DNA from: a virus
Length of the DNA: 64,000 nucleotides
Strand: one strand, 5' to 3'
Virus record (IMG/VR): IMGVR_UViG_3300037309_000179
Span: 1 to 64,000 of that record
The notes beneath the pieces are model-generated. The model was given only the letters and a program-made list of their open reading frames with translations. It was not told the origin of the DNA and searched no databases. A program made the translations under genes and the position numbers. Below, in pieces: positions 50,663 through 59,018 of this stretch; position 1 is the stretch's first letter, and every line of letters begins with the position of its first letter.

Positions 50663-52222
50663 TCAGCCCGGAAGCATAGCGCCGGCCAGCGCGCGGGCCT
50701 GGTTCACCTCCACGGCATTACCCACCTGCCGCACCTGCTCGCCGCGGTTGCCGGTGAGCTTGTAGCCCGCCGGGAAGCCCATCGCGGCGGCCAGCTCGTG
50801 CGGCTGCAACATGCGGAACCGGATGTCGAGGCCGACCGCCCGGCATTCCGGTTCGACCAGCCCGAACCGGTCTTTCGCCGTGACGGTGGCGAGCGGGTCG
50901 GCGGTCGAGTCCGCCACCCCGGAGCCGTAGTACGGGACGATCAGCGCGTTGCACCCGCCGTTGGTAGCGTCGATCGTTCGCACCGGCTGGCCGATCCCGT
51001 CAACGTCCATCTGTTGGAACTTTCGGTGCGGGAGCAGGAACGGCTCGCACACCGCGTACTGGTTGCTCGTCGTCATCGTCCCCAGCGGCTCGCCGACCGA
51101 CTTGACCCGGCAGGCGTCGTCCCCGGAGTGCGCCACCTTGCACACGAACGGCTCGATCAGGGCCGTGTGGCTGCCGCCGGCGGTGATCGTCGGGTGTGGG
51201 TCGCCGATGTCGCGGGCCGTCGTCTCCAACGCCGCCGGGTCGGTCCCCCGCATGTCCGCCAGGAACGGCTCCACCAACGCGTGCGTGACCCCGCCGGCGA
51301 CCACGGTCGGGAGCGGGGCGTCGGTCGGGTGGCACCGCGGGGCCTGCCCCGGCCGCTCGCCGTAGTTGGTGGGCACGATGAACGCGAACCGGTTCCCCTG
51401 GCTGGTGATGGTGGGCACCGGCTCGTTCAGCGACCGCACCGCCCGGCCGTCGTTCCCCCGCTCCTTCAGGTAGTTCATGGCCACCAGGAACGGCTCGGCG
51501 GCCACCCCGCCGAACTTCCGCAGCCCGGCCTCGATCCGCTTCAGGGTGTTCCCGCTCAGCGGCCGCTTGCGGGTGAAGATGCTCTCCCCGGACAGGGTCC
51601 AGTCGATGATCTCGCGGGCCGCCCGCCACCGCGGGAGGGAGCCGAACAGGTTCGGGTCGGGGTTCCGCTCGTGCGTCGGGCCGGGCCAGCGGAGATCCCG
51701 CCGCCCCTTGACCGCCTGGATGAACATCCGCCGGCGGGAGGTGGCCGCCCCGTAGTCGGCCGCGTTCAGCGTCTTGTACGCCACCCGGTACCCGCTCGCC
51801 TCCAGAGCGCTGATGAACGCTCTAAACGTTTCGCCCCGCTTGCTCTTGAGCGGCTTGCCGTCCGCCCCGAGCGGCCCCCACGAGGTGAACTCCGGCACGT
51901 TCTCGATCAGCACCCGGTCCACCTTCAGGGCGTTCACCCACTCCAGCACCACCCACGCGCTCGCCCGCGACTGGTCGTTCTTCGGCTTGCCCCCGCGGGC
52001 GTTCGAGTGGTGGGTACACTCCGGGCTGGCCACCAGCAGGTCGTCGCCGGCGGCCACCGCCTCCGCCGCCGACCGGGACATGGCCGCCTTCCACTTGCGG
52101 AACGCGGCGTGGCATTGCGACTGCAACCCCTTCGGCACCAGCGCCCAGTGCGACCCGCACAGCAGCTTGTTCACGCTGATCCGGCGGTCGCAGCCGGCCG
52201 CCTTGCACCCGTGGACTGCCAT
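50663..52222 (-). CDS. DNA (cytosine-5) methyltransferase-like protein lacking a recognisable N-terminal motif I
   Basis: ATG 52222. Motifs ASPECTHHSNARGG (PC), ENVPEF, TSRRRMF and GNAVEV are present. The first ~70 aa are Cys/His-rich (HGCKAAGC...LCGSHW) with no FxGxG. Confidence 0.75.
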   Translation of the reverse strand: MAVHGCKAAGCDRRISVNKLLCGSHWALVPKGLQSQCHAAFRKWKAAMSRSAAEAVAAGDDLLVASPECTHHSNARGGKPKNDQSRASAWVVLEWVNALKVDRVLIENVPEFTSWGPLGADGKPLKSKRGETFRAFISALEASGYRVAYKTLNAADYGAATSRRRMFIQAVKGRRDLRWPGPTHERNPDPNLFGSLPRWRAAREIIDWTLSGESIFTRKRPLSGNTLKRIEAGLRKFGGVAAEPFLVAMNYLKERGNDGRAVRSLNEPVPTITSQGNRFAFIVPTNYGERPGQAPRCHPTDAPLPTVVAGGVTHALVEPFLADMRGTDPAALETTARDIGDPHPTITAGGSHTALIEPFVCKVAHSGDDACRVKSVGEPLGTMTTSNQYAVCEPFLLPHRKFQQMDVDGIGQPVRTIDATNGGCNALIVPYYGSGVADSTADPLATVTAKDRFGLVEPECRAVGLDIRFRMLQPHELAAAMGFPAGYKLTGNRGEQVRQVGNAVEVNQARALAGAMLPG

Positions 52223-52605
52223 CACGCCCCCCGTTTGAGGTTCGGGTCCGCCACCAGCCGCCGCAGGTCGCGGGCGACCGTCACCGCCTGCTCCAGCACC
52301 CGCGGGTCGGCCCACGCGCCGTTCCGGGCGGCGCACGCCGCCACGATCGTCACCGCGTGCTTCAGGTCCACCGCCTCAACCGCCTCGGCAATCGTCACCC
52401 CGTCCGGCCGCACCACCAGTTCGCCCGCGGCGGTGCGGGGCGGTTCGGCGGGCGGGTTCGCCGCCGCCTCGGCGCGGGCGAACGCCTCCCGCAGCTCATC
52501 GACCGCCGCCGCCGCCCCGTTCGGCAGGAGCGCGCCGGCCGGCCCGTCCCGGAACGCCAGCACCCGCCGGATGGCCGCCGACAGTTCGTCGTTCGCGTCG
52601 CTCAC
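52222..52605 (-). CDS. Hypothetical protein
   Basis: 127 aa, ATG start. Confidence 0.5.
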   Translation of the reverse strand: MSDANDELSAAIRRVLAFRDGPAGALLPNGAAAAVDELREAFARAEAAANPPAEPPRTAAGELVVRPDGVTIAEAVEAVDLKHAVTIVAACAARNGAWADPRVLEQAVTVARDLRRLVADPNLKRGA

Positions 52606-52631
52606 GCCAAGCCCTCGTCGCCGTGGGGGGT

Positions 52632-52658
52632 GGCGCCCGCCGGCGGTCGGCGGGCGCC
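52632..52658 (-). terminator. Hairpin, 11-bp stem GGCGCCCGCCG / CGGCGGGCGCC with a 5-nt loop, just downstream of the secreted-protein gene
   Basis: Read directly. No clear U-tract on the minus strand. Confidence 0.35.
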
Positions 52659-52668
52659 GGGGTTTCGC

Positions 52669-53178
52669 TCACCGGCAACCGTTCGGCCCGCAGGCGGTCG
52701 CCCGCGGGAGGGCCAGCGTGCCGGCGGTCTGGAACGCCCCGCCGGCCGGCGTCCGCACCGGCCCGGTCTGGGGCTGGCCGTAGATGGCCGTCGCGTACCA
52801 CCCGCCGGGGCCGCGGGCGACGCCCACCTCCCGCACCGGCAGCCGGCCCCAGTAGCAGCAGTGCCGCACCGCGTCGTCGGCACTCACCGACGAGAACCCG
52901 CACCCCTCGTGGGTGCCGCCGCCCAGCCCGCCGCCGGGGTGGAAGCACCGCCCGGCCCGCGCCTGGGTTTCGGCCTTCGCCTGGGCCAGCCCGCCGCCGC
53001 TCGAGGCCGTCACGGTGGCGGTGGACGGCCCCGCGGCCGCCGCGGTCGCCGTCACCGTCGATTGGGCCGGGGCCGGCTGGCCCCGCCCGCCGAACACCCG
53101 CTGGAACACCCGCGGGCGGGCGTCCGCCGCCACACCGGTGACGGCCACCGCCGCCGCCGTCATCAGGAACCGCTTCAT
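52669..53178 (-). CDS. Secreted Cys-containing protein (moron-like)
   Basis: ATG 53178. MKRFLMTAAAVAVTGVAADA is signal-peptide-like. Thr/Ala-rich linker. Confidence 0.55.
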   Translation of the reverse strand: MKRFLMTAAAVAVTGVAADARPRVFQRVFGGRGQPAPAQSTVTATAAAAGPSTATVTASSGGGLAQAKAETQARAGRCFHPGGGLGGGTHEGCGFSSVSADDAVRHCCYWGRLPVREVGVARGPGGWYATAIYGQPQTGPVRTPAGGAFQTAGTLALPRATACGPNGCR

Positions 53179-53617
53179 CTCGAACTCCGTGAGGGTGGGT
53201 GCCGGGGGTTGTTCCCGGCACCCGGTCGCAACAGGCGAGCGGGGTTGGCTTGTGGCTCCGCTCGGGCCGCGCGTCTCCATGGCGCACCGCGGGGGTTGGG
53301 GGTGCCGACAGGAAACCGCTGTCGTCACGGCTCGCCCGGTCGGGCGGCGGGCGGGGGAACGGCAGGCTCATCGCGTCCCTCCGCGGGGGTCACCTCCGCA
53401 CCGGGGCCGTCGGCAGCGGCGCCGCCAGCCGGATCGTCTCCCCGGCCGGCCGCGGCGGGGCGTCCCACGCCGGCCGGGAGACGGTCGTGTGCCCCGCCGG
53501 CCGGCCAGCCGGCCTCTCCGCCGCCACCGCCACCGCCACCGCCACCGCCACCACCGCCATCCCGAACGCGATCATCTCGAACCCTCCGTGCGGGGCGGCG
53601 AGCGGCCGCCCCGGTCC

Positions 53618-53872
53618 TCAGTCGGTCACCCGCTCGGCCCGCTCGCCGAGCTGCTCGATCACCCGCCCGTCGTCGATCAGCACCCCGCCGACCGACAGGC
53701 ACAGCTGCGCCACCGGCAGCACTTCCGTCGTCTCACTCCCGTCCGCCCGGTTCCGCAGCACCACCGTGGCGGTGGCCGCCCGCCGGTCGTACCGGGTCAC
53801 CCGCTCCACCACCTCGGCGTGCGGGGCGCGGTACACCGTCAGCTCCGCCCGCCCGATCAGGTCCGTCGTCAT
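53618..53872 (-). CDS. Hypothetical small protein
   Basis: 84 aa from ATG 53872, with GGAGG 7 nt upstream. Confidence 0.45.
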   Translation of the reverse strand: MTTDLIGRAELTVYRAPHAEVVERVTRYDRRAATATVVLRNRADGSETTEVLPVAQLCLSVGGVLIDDGRVIEQLGERAERVTD

Positions 53873-53912
53873 CGCCAGCCTCCGTGGTACGAGCGGCGGG
53901 GTATGCCACCTC

Positions 53913-53931
53913 GGTTGCATTTTTGCAACCC
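53913..53931. promoter_or_regulatory. Palindrome GGTTGCATTTTTGCAACC(C), with a weaker -10 (CATACC) 17 nt downstream on the minus strand
   Basis: Read directly. Abuts the stop of the HD gene and lies 41 nt upstream of ATG 53872. Confidence 0.45.
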
Positions 53932-54563
53932 TACTTCGGGTGCCGCCCGCCCAGGTCGCGGAACCGGGCGAGGAACAGCGCCTCCGCCTGCTCCGGGCCG
54001 ACCGGCACGATGCGGTCGGGCAGCACGGCGAACCCGTTCGCCTCCTGGTGCCGCCAGTCCGGGTGGAGCGGGGCCATCAGGTCGCGGGCCTCGGTCGCCA
54101 GCAGCACCTCGTCCGCCCGGTCCACCTCCGCCCACAGCCAGTCGGCGACGGGTCCCGGCGGCATCACCCACCCGAGCGCCGGCAGGATGACCCCGAGCAG
54201 CCTCATCTCGGTCTTCTTCACCGGCTCGAACGCCACGCCCACGACCGTGTACAGGTGCCGCTTGAGCGGGCGGCTGAGGTCGCCCAGGTACGCCTCGGCC
54301 GCGTCGTGCAGGAGCGCCAGCAGGGCGGCCGCCGGGTGGACGACGTGGGACGCCAGCACGCTGTGCTGGGCGACCGAGTAGTGCGCCGCCTTCACGTGCC
54401 CGGTGAACCGGCACAGGCGGGCGAGCGCGTGGGCGACGTCCGCCACCCGCACGTCCTCCGGGCGGGGGTCGAGCGGGTGCACCTTCACCCCGGTGAAGGT
54501 CTGCACCCAGTCCCCGCGGCGGGGGACCGGCGGTTCGTCGGGGGCGGCGGTCGGGGCGTCCAT
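53931..54563 (-). CDS. HD-domain phosphohydrolase (YfbR-like 5'-nucleotidase type)
   Basis: RFTGHVKAAHYSVAQHS...LLHDAAEAYLGD carries the H...HD...D metal-binding pattern. Confidence 0.75.
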   Translation of the reverse strand: MDAPTAAPDEPPVPRRGDWVQTFTGVKVHPLDPRPEDVRVADVAHALARLCRFTGHVKAAHYSVAQHSVLASHVVHPAAALLALLHDAAEAYLGDLSRPLKRHLYTVVGVAFEPVKKTEMRLLGVILPALGWVMPPGPVADWLWAEVDRADEVLLATEARDLMAPLHPDWRHQEANGFAVLPDRIVPVGPEQAEALFLARFRDLGGRHPK

Positions 54564-54630
54564 GCGGTCCTCCGCGCGCGCCCGGCCGGGGCCGTGTTGA
54601 ACGGCCGGGCGGGGCGTGGTGGTGAACGGG

Positions 54631-55554
54631 TCAGTTCTTGAGGGCGGACAGGTCGGCGTCGGCGTCGTCGAACAGCTTGCCCGGCGGGGCCGGGGGCGGG
54701 TCGTCCGCCGCGTCGAGCCGGCGGGCCAGGTCGTCCGGGGAGCCGGGCGGGTCGTCGGCCGGTTGCACGTCCGGGGGCAGGTACGCCGCCAGGTGCTGCG
54801 GCACCCCCTCGTCCCCCGCCTCGTCCAGGGCGGCGGCGGTCACCAGTTCCACCGACAGCGGCATCCGCTTGGCCAGCTTGCGGACGCACGTCTTCAGGGC
54901 CATCTCGTGGAACCCGTCCGGGTCGTACCACGGCCCGCTCTTGAACTGGCGGCTGGTGGCGAACCGGTCGCGGTGGGCGGTCGCCTCCCGCACCGTCAGG
55001 TGCTCGAAGTCGGTCCCGCCGTTGGTCAGTTCGATCGCCACGTAGTAGTCCGTCACCGGGCGGTCGTTGTCCCGCTGCGGGTGGTGGACGAGCCGGTTCT
55101 CCAGCCCGCGGGTGAACTCGAACCGGTCGCCCTCGCGGACCCGCACCGGGGTGATGCGGCGGAGGCGGTCGGAGCGGTGGGCGAGGGTGACGTACCCCTT
55201 GTACCCGACCACCAGCGTCACCTCCTTGCAGTTCTTCTTCCGGTTGTTGAACGGGAGCAGGTACGCCTCGCCCGCCGGCCCGCCGATGACGAGGCCCATC
55301 TGGGCCGCCGCCAGCACCCCGCCGAACAGGGACAGGGGGGTGCAGTCGGCCAGGCCGGGGTTCCGCTGCACCTCGGAGATGAGCGCCCGCACCATCCGCG
55401 GGCCGGCCCCGGCCAGCACCCGCGGCAGGCTGTGGTTGATCTGGGCCATGATCAGCCCGCCCAGCCGGTCCAGCCCCTTCGCGTCGGTCGGCGTCTTCCA
55501 CTGCCGCATCGGGTCGTCCGCCGGCCTGGCCAGCGGGTTGTTCGGCCTCGACAT
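54631..55554 (-). CDS. recT: RecT-family single-strand annealing protein
   Basis: ATG 55554 after GGAGG. AAAQMGLVIGGPAGEAYLLPF...VVGYKGYVTLAHRS...GPWYDPDGFHEMALKTCVRKLAK is RecT-like. Confidence 0.85.
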   Translation of the reverse strand: MSRPNNPLARPADDPMRQWKTPTDAKGLDRLGGLIMAQINHSLPRVLAGAGPRMVRALISEVQRNPGLADCTPLSLFGGVLAAAQMGLVIGGPAGEAYLLPFNNRKKNCKEVTLVVGYKGYVTLAHRSDRLRRITPVRVREGDRFEFTRGLENRLVHHPQRDNDRPVTDYYVAIELTNGGTDFEHLTVREATAHRDRFATSRQFKSGPWYDPDGFHEMALKTCVRKLAKRMPLSVELVTAAALDEAGDEGVPQHLAAYLPPDVQPADDPPGSPDDLARRLDAADDPPPAPPGKLFDDADADLSALKN

Positions 55555-55570
55555 CCGCACCTCCCTGGGG

Positions 55571-56452
55571 TTAGTCGCCATCGCCCACCGCCTTCGCCTG
55601 GGTCGCCCGGAACAGCACGTAGGGTTCGCGGTCGTACTCCACCCGCCGGCCGGCGACGAACGAGCGGGTGAGCCGGAACGGGCCGGCGGTCGCCTTCTGG
55701 TGGTCGCCCATCAGGGCCTTCACCCGCTCCGTCAGCTCGTCGTACTTCGCCTCCGCCTCGCGCCTCACGTCCGCGTAGGCCTTCCGCCGGGCGAGCAGGG
55801 CGGCGGCCTCCTCGCCCAGGTCGATCACCGACCCGTGCCGCACCACCAGCTTCACCGCCTCGTCCCGCCAGCGGCCCTCCCAGTCGGCCGCCGGCGGCAC
55901 CCGCGGCACCACGTGCTTCTCGACGAACTCGGCCTCCACCGCCGTCAGCCAGTCGTACAGGTCGCGGTCGAACGCCACCCGGAACACCCGCAGCTCCCAG
56001 TCGATCACGTTCAGGGCGGCCACGTCAACGAAGTCGGCCGCCGCCACCCCGCCCTGGTGCGTCACCTGCACCCGGTACCCGGCCGGCACCTCGCCGGTCA
56101 TCTCGTCGCCCCAGTCGGCCCACGAGACGACCGTCTTCACCTCCACCGGGTTGCCGTCCGGCCGCACCCGGTCGGTGGTGGCGAACTGCCACGCCCGCTC
56201 CGGGTGCCGCACCAGCCGCCCGAGTGCGAGCGGGGTGCCCATCCGCTCCGCGTACTTGCGGGCGACCAGATCCTCCAGCTCGATGCCGCGGAGCAGGAAC
56301 CCGGTCGGGTCCGGGTCCGGCACCTCCTCCACCTTGCTCCGGTACACGCTCGCCGCGTCCCGGAACCCGACGCCCACCAGGTTCGGGGCGTCGCTCGACC
56401 CGATCCCCGTCCGCCGCTCCGCCAGCCACTCCCGCCGCTGGTCGTGGGTCAT
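55571..56452 (-). CDS. YqaJ / lambda-Exo-like recombination exonuclease
   Basis: RRTGIGSSDAPNLVGV...GIELEDLVARKY...TTDR...VEVKTV matches the YqaJ PD-(D/E)XK pattern. Sits directly upstream of recT. Confidence 0.8.
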   Translation of the reverse strand: MTHDQRREWLAERRTGIGSSDAPNLVGVGFRDAASVYRSKVEEVPDPDPTGFLLRGIELEDLVARKYAERMGTPLALGRLVRHPERAWQFATTDRVRPDGNPVEVKTVVSWADWGDEMTGEVPAGYRVQVTHQGGVAAADFVDVAALNVIDWELRVFRVAFDRDLYDWLTAVEAEFVEKHVVPRVPPAADWEGRWRDEAVKLVVRHGSVIDLGEEAAALLARRKAYADVRREAEAKYDELTERVKALMGDHQKATAGPFRLTRSFVAGRRVEYDREPYVLFRATQAKAVGDGD

Positions 56453-56805
56453 CCGTCCCCTCCGTGGTCGGGGGCCGCCGGCCGCGCCGCCGCGTCCAGG
56501 GCGTCCCGGATCAGGTCGATCAATCCCCGCTTCAGGTCGGCCGCCGGCACCGTCGCCGCCAGCACGCAGCCCGGCTGCGGGGAGGTGTCGTACACCACCA
56601 CCCGCACCCGCCCCGGCTCGGCCGGGTCGAAGTTGAACACCGCCGCCGCGTCGCCCAGGTGGGCCGGGGTGAGCCGGGCGGCCTGCTCGGCCGCTTCCCC
56701 GACCGCCATCTCCCGCACGTCCGGCCGGGCCAGGCGGGCGAGCGGGACGGCGGTCGGGGCGGTGCCGTCCGCCCCGCGGAACGCCTGCCGCCCGTCGCCG
56801 TCCAT
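56449..56805 (-). CDS. Hypothetical protein
   Basis: 118 aa, coupled at both ends. Confidence 0.45.
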   Translation of the reverse strand: MDGDGRQAFRGADGTAPTAVPLARLARPDVREMAVGEAAEQAARLTPAHLGDAAAVFNFDPAEPGRVRVVVYDTSPQPGCVLAATVPAADLKRGLIDLIRDALDAAARPAAPDHGGDG

Positions 56806-57044
56806 CAGGCGGCCCCCCGGTCGGTGTCCGCCGGCTCGCGGCCGTCGATCTCCTCGGGCAGCACGTCCATGCCGCCGTTCCCGTACTGGCTGGACCGCAC
56901 CTCGTACTCCAGGCTCACCCCGGTCGCCCGCCGGCGGGACACCACCCCGACGATCACGTACCGGTCCCGGTAGTCCGGGTCCGGCCCCTTGTGCCTATCC
57001 CGCTTCAGCGTCACCACGTCCCCGATCTGGAACTCCACCGACAT
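56805..57044 (-). CDS. Hypothetical small protein
   Basis: 79 aa, ATG start. Confidence 0.45.
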   Translation of the reverse strand: MSVEFQIGDVVTLKRDRHKGPDPDYRDRYVIVGVVSRRRATGVSLEYEVRSSQYGNGGMDVLPEEIDGREPADTDRGAA

Positions 57045-57429
57045 GGAACACCTCCGTGAGGAACGGTCGGACCAGGGCGGACACCGCCGCCGCGTGGACG
57101 CACCCGCGGTCCGGCCGGCACCGCCCGCCGTCGCACGTGCAGGTGGTCCGCTCCGGGCCGACCGCCACCCGGTACGGCCCGGCCGCCTTGTGCAGGTGCT
57201 GCAACAGCAGCACGAACCCGTCGAACGGCACCAGCCCCTCGACCGCCGCCCCGTACACCCGCTGCTCCGGCTTGCCGGCGAACGGCTTCACCCGCACCCC
57301 GAGCAGCCCGTCGACCGGGGTCGCCCCGACGCCCAGGCCTGGGGCGGCCAGCCACCCCCACTCCCGCAGTTCGTAGTGGTCCGTCGGCGGGAGCTTGCCG
57401 GTCGCCACGCGGGGCAGGCGGATCGTCAC
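56995..57429 (-). CDS. SWIM-type zinc-finger protein
   Basis: GTG 57429 (GTGA coupling). CTCDGGRCRPDRGCVHAAAV is a CxC...CxH motif. Confidence 0.5.
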   Translation of the reverse strand: MTIRLPRVATGKLPPTDHYELREWGWLAAPGLGVGATPVDGLLGVRVKPFAGKPEQRVYGAAVEGLVPFDGFVLLLQHLHKAAGPYRVAVGPERTTCTCDGGRCRPDRGCVHAAAVSALVRPFLTEVFHVGGVPDRGRGDAEAG

Positions 57430-57707
57430 GCCGCCACCGCCGGCACCAGCCGGGCGCGGGCCGACCGCCGCACCGCCTGCGGGCACCCGCCGGGCGGGTC
57501 CGGGGGCGGCGGCGGGGACGCCGGTTCGAGCACCGCCGCCGGCAGGTCCGCCACCAGCCCGCGGGGGTCGGCCGCCCGCACCGTGTCCGGCAGCCACGTG
57601 TCGTACACCAGGAACGTCGTCCCGGCCGGGTACTCCCGGCGGGCGCCGCGGGGGAACACCACCACCGCCGCCGTCAGCCGCACCTTCTGGTTCGGGTGGA
57701 ACCGCAC
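57426..57707 (-). CDS. Hypothetical protein
   Basis: 93 aa, ATG start. Confidence 0.4.
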   Translation of the reverse strand: MRFHPNQKVRLTAAVVVFPRGARREYPAGTTFLVYDTWLPDTVRAADPRGLVADLPAAVLEPASPPPPPDPPGGCPQAVRRSARARLVPAVAA

Positions 57708-57780
57708 GTCGCACCTCCTGTTCCCGGTGTCATCGGCCGGGCCGCACCCGCCGGATGCGCCGCCCCGGCGGCCGGTTCGC

Positions 57781-58278
57781 TCAGCCGGCCCCGTCCGCCC
57801 ACTCGCCCGGCAGCACCCCGTACCGCCGCACGGCCGCGACGGCCGCCGCTACTTCTTCGACCGGCACCCCCAACTCGCCCGCCATCGCCGGGGCGGTGAG
57901 CGGCACGCCGGGGTGCAGGGTGGGCCAGAAGGCGGCCGCGTACAGCAGCTGTTCCGTCACCTCCAGCCACCGCCAGTCCGCCTTCGGGTGGACCGGGAAC
58001 GCGGCCCGCACCAGCCGCCGCACCACGTGCATCGGGGCGTCCGCCGGGGTCGGCAGTTCGCCCAAGAGCCGCACCACCGCCGACGCCCGCTTCCGGCTCA
58101 GCTTCGCCCGCCGGGTGGGGGCCAGGTGCCGCTCCTCGCCGGGCCGCAGGGCGAACACCCGGCGACGCACCGGCCCGCCGCGGCGGGTGACGAACACCCG
58201 CGACCAGACCGAGCGGATGACCAGTTCCGGCTCGCCCGCGGGGGCGGCGGCCGGGTTCTGGGCGAGCGCGGGAACCAT
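57781..58278 (-). CDS. Hypothetical protein
   Basis: 165 aa from ATG 58278 after GGAGG. The rest of the 383-aa track ORF is junk-like. Confidence 0.45.
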   Translation of the reverse strand: MVPALAQNPAAAPAGEPELVIRSVWSRVFVTRRGGPVRRRVFALRPGEERHLAPTRRAKLSRKRASAVVRLLGELPTPADAPMHVVRRLVRAAFPVHPKADWRWLEVTEQLLYAAAFWPTLHPGVPLTAPAMAGELGVPVEEVAAAVAAVRRYGVLPGEWADGAG

Positions 58279-58391
58279 GCCGTGCCTCCGGGTGACGAAC
58301 CCCGTGCCTGCCGTGCCTCGTCTCGCCACGTCGCGCTTTGCCAGGCCATGCGAGTGCGGGACTCGCCACGACACGACTCGCCCGCCGCGCC

Positions 58392-58655
58392 TCACCGCCC
58401 CCGCTTCCGCAGCCCCATCTTCACCTGGTAGTCCAGTAACGCATCCCACCCTTCGGACACCACGACCCGCAACTCCGCCCGGCTGATCCGCAGCGGCGTT
58501 CGGTGCTTGCTCAGGTGCGGCGGCCGGTGGTCGCTGAGCAAGTGCAGGTAGTTCGCTCGGAACGACCGCTCCTGGTGCGGCTCGAACCCCAACACCGCCA
58601 TCGCCTCCTTCAGCCCGACGAACTCGGCCGCCGGCGGGTTCCTGCTCCGTGGCAT
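58392..58655 (-). CDS. Hypothetical DNA-binding-like small protein
   Basis: 87 aa. ATG 58655 after GGAGG. Confidence 0.45.
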   Translation of the reverse strand: MPRSRNPPAAEFVGLKEAMAVLGFEPHQERSFRANYLHLLSDHRPPHLSKHRTPLRISRAELRVVVSEGWDALLDYQVKMGLRKRGR

Positions 58656-58684
58656 TCCTCACCTCCTGCGTGTGGGCGTCGCCG

Positions 58685-58894
58685 TCACTTGCCGGCCGCC
58701 CGGATGCGGGCCTCGGCGCGGGCGCGGACGTCCGGCGGCAGGGCGTTGAACCGCCGCTCGATGACCTTGCGGAGCAGCGGGTCCACGATCTCCGCCACCG
58801 ACACCCGCTGAAACCAAGCGATCTCGCCCAGCATCTTCGCCAGGTCGGCGGCGACGCGGAGGTGGCGGGTTCGCGGTCGTGGCGTCGTTGCCAT
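58685..58894 (-). CDS. Ribbon-helix-helix regulator (Cro-like position)
   Basis: RHLRVAADLAKMLGEIAWFQRVSVAEIVDPLLRKVIERRF. Paralogous to the divergent gene at 59019. Confidence 0.6.
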   Translation of the reverse strand: MATTPRPRTRHLRVAADLAKMLGEIAWFQRVSVAEIVDPLLRKVIERRFNALPPDVRARAEARIRAAGK

Positions 58895-59018
58895 GTGGTC
58901 TTGTCTCCGTGGTTCTCTGTATACAGTGACACAATCCGCGGGTCAATGCAAGTCGGAAAGAATCTTGACGGGGGAGCGAATAAACCCGAAACTGTTACCG
59001 CGTTAACGGAGAATCACC
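58895..59018. promoter_or_regulatory. Divergent switch region: minus-strand promoter, palindromic operator candidates, plus-strand TTGACG
   Basis: Minus-strand promoter: TTGACC (58941-58946), 17 nt, TATACA (58918-58923). The perfect palindrome CTGTATACAG (58917-58926) overlaps the -10. Also the imperfect palindrome GTTACCGCGTTAAC (58994-59007) and plus-strand TTGACG (58965-58970). Confidence 0.55.

Noticed and set aside
53390-53575. A 61-aa ORF with an (AV)n stretch over a GCCACC-type microsatellite (about 53521-53560)
   Set aside because: It is low complexity, has no RBS that I could see, and could equally be non-coding repeat DNA. It is not reported as a gene.
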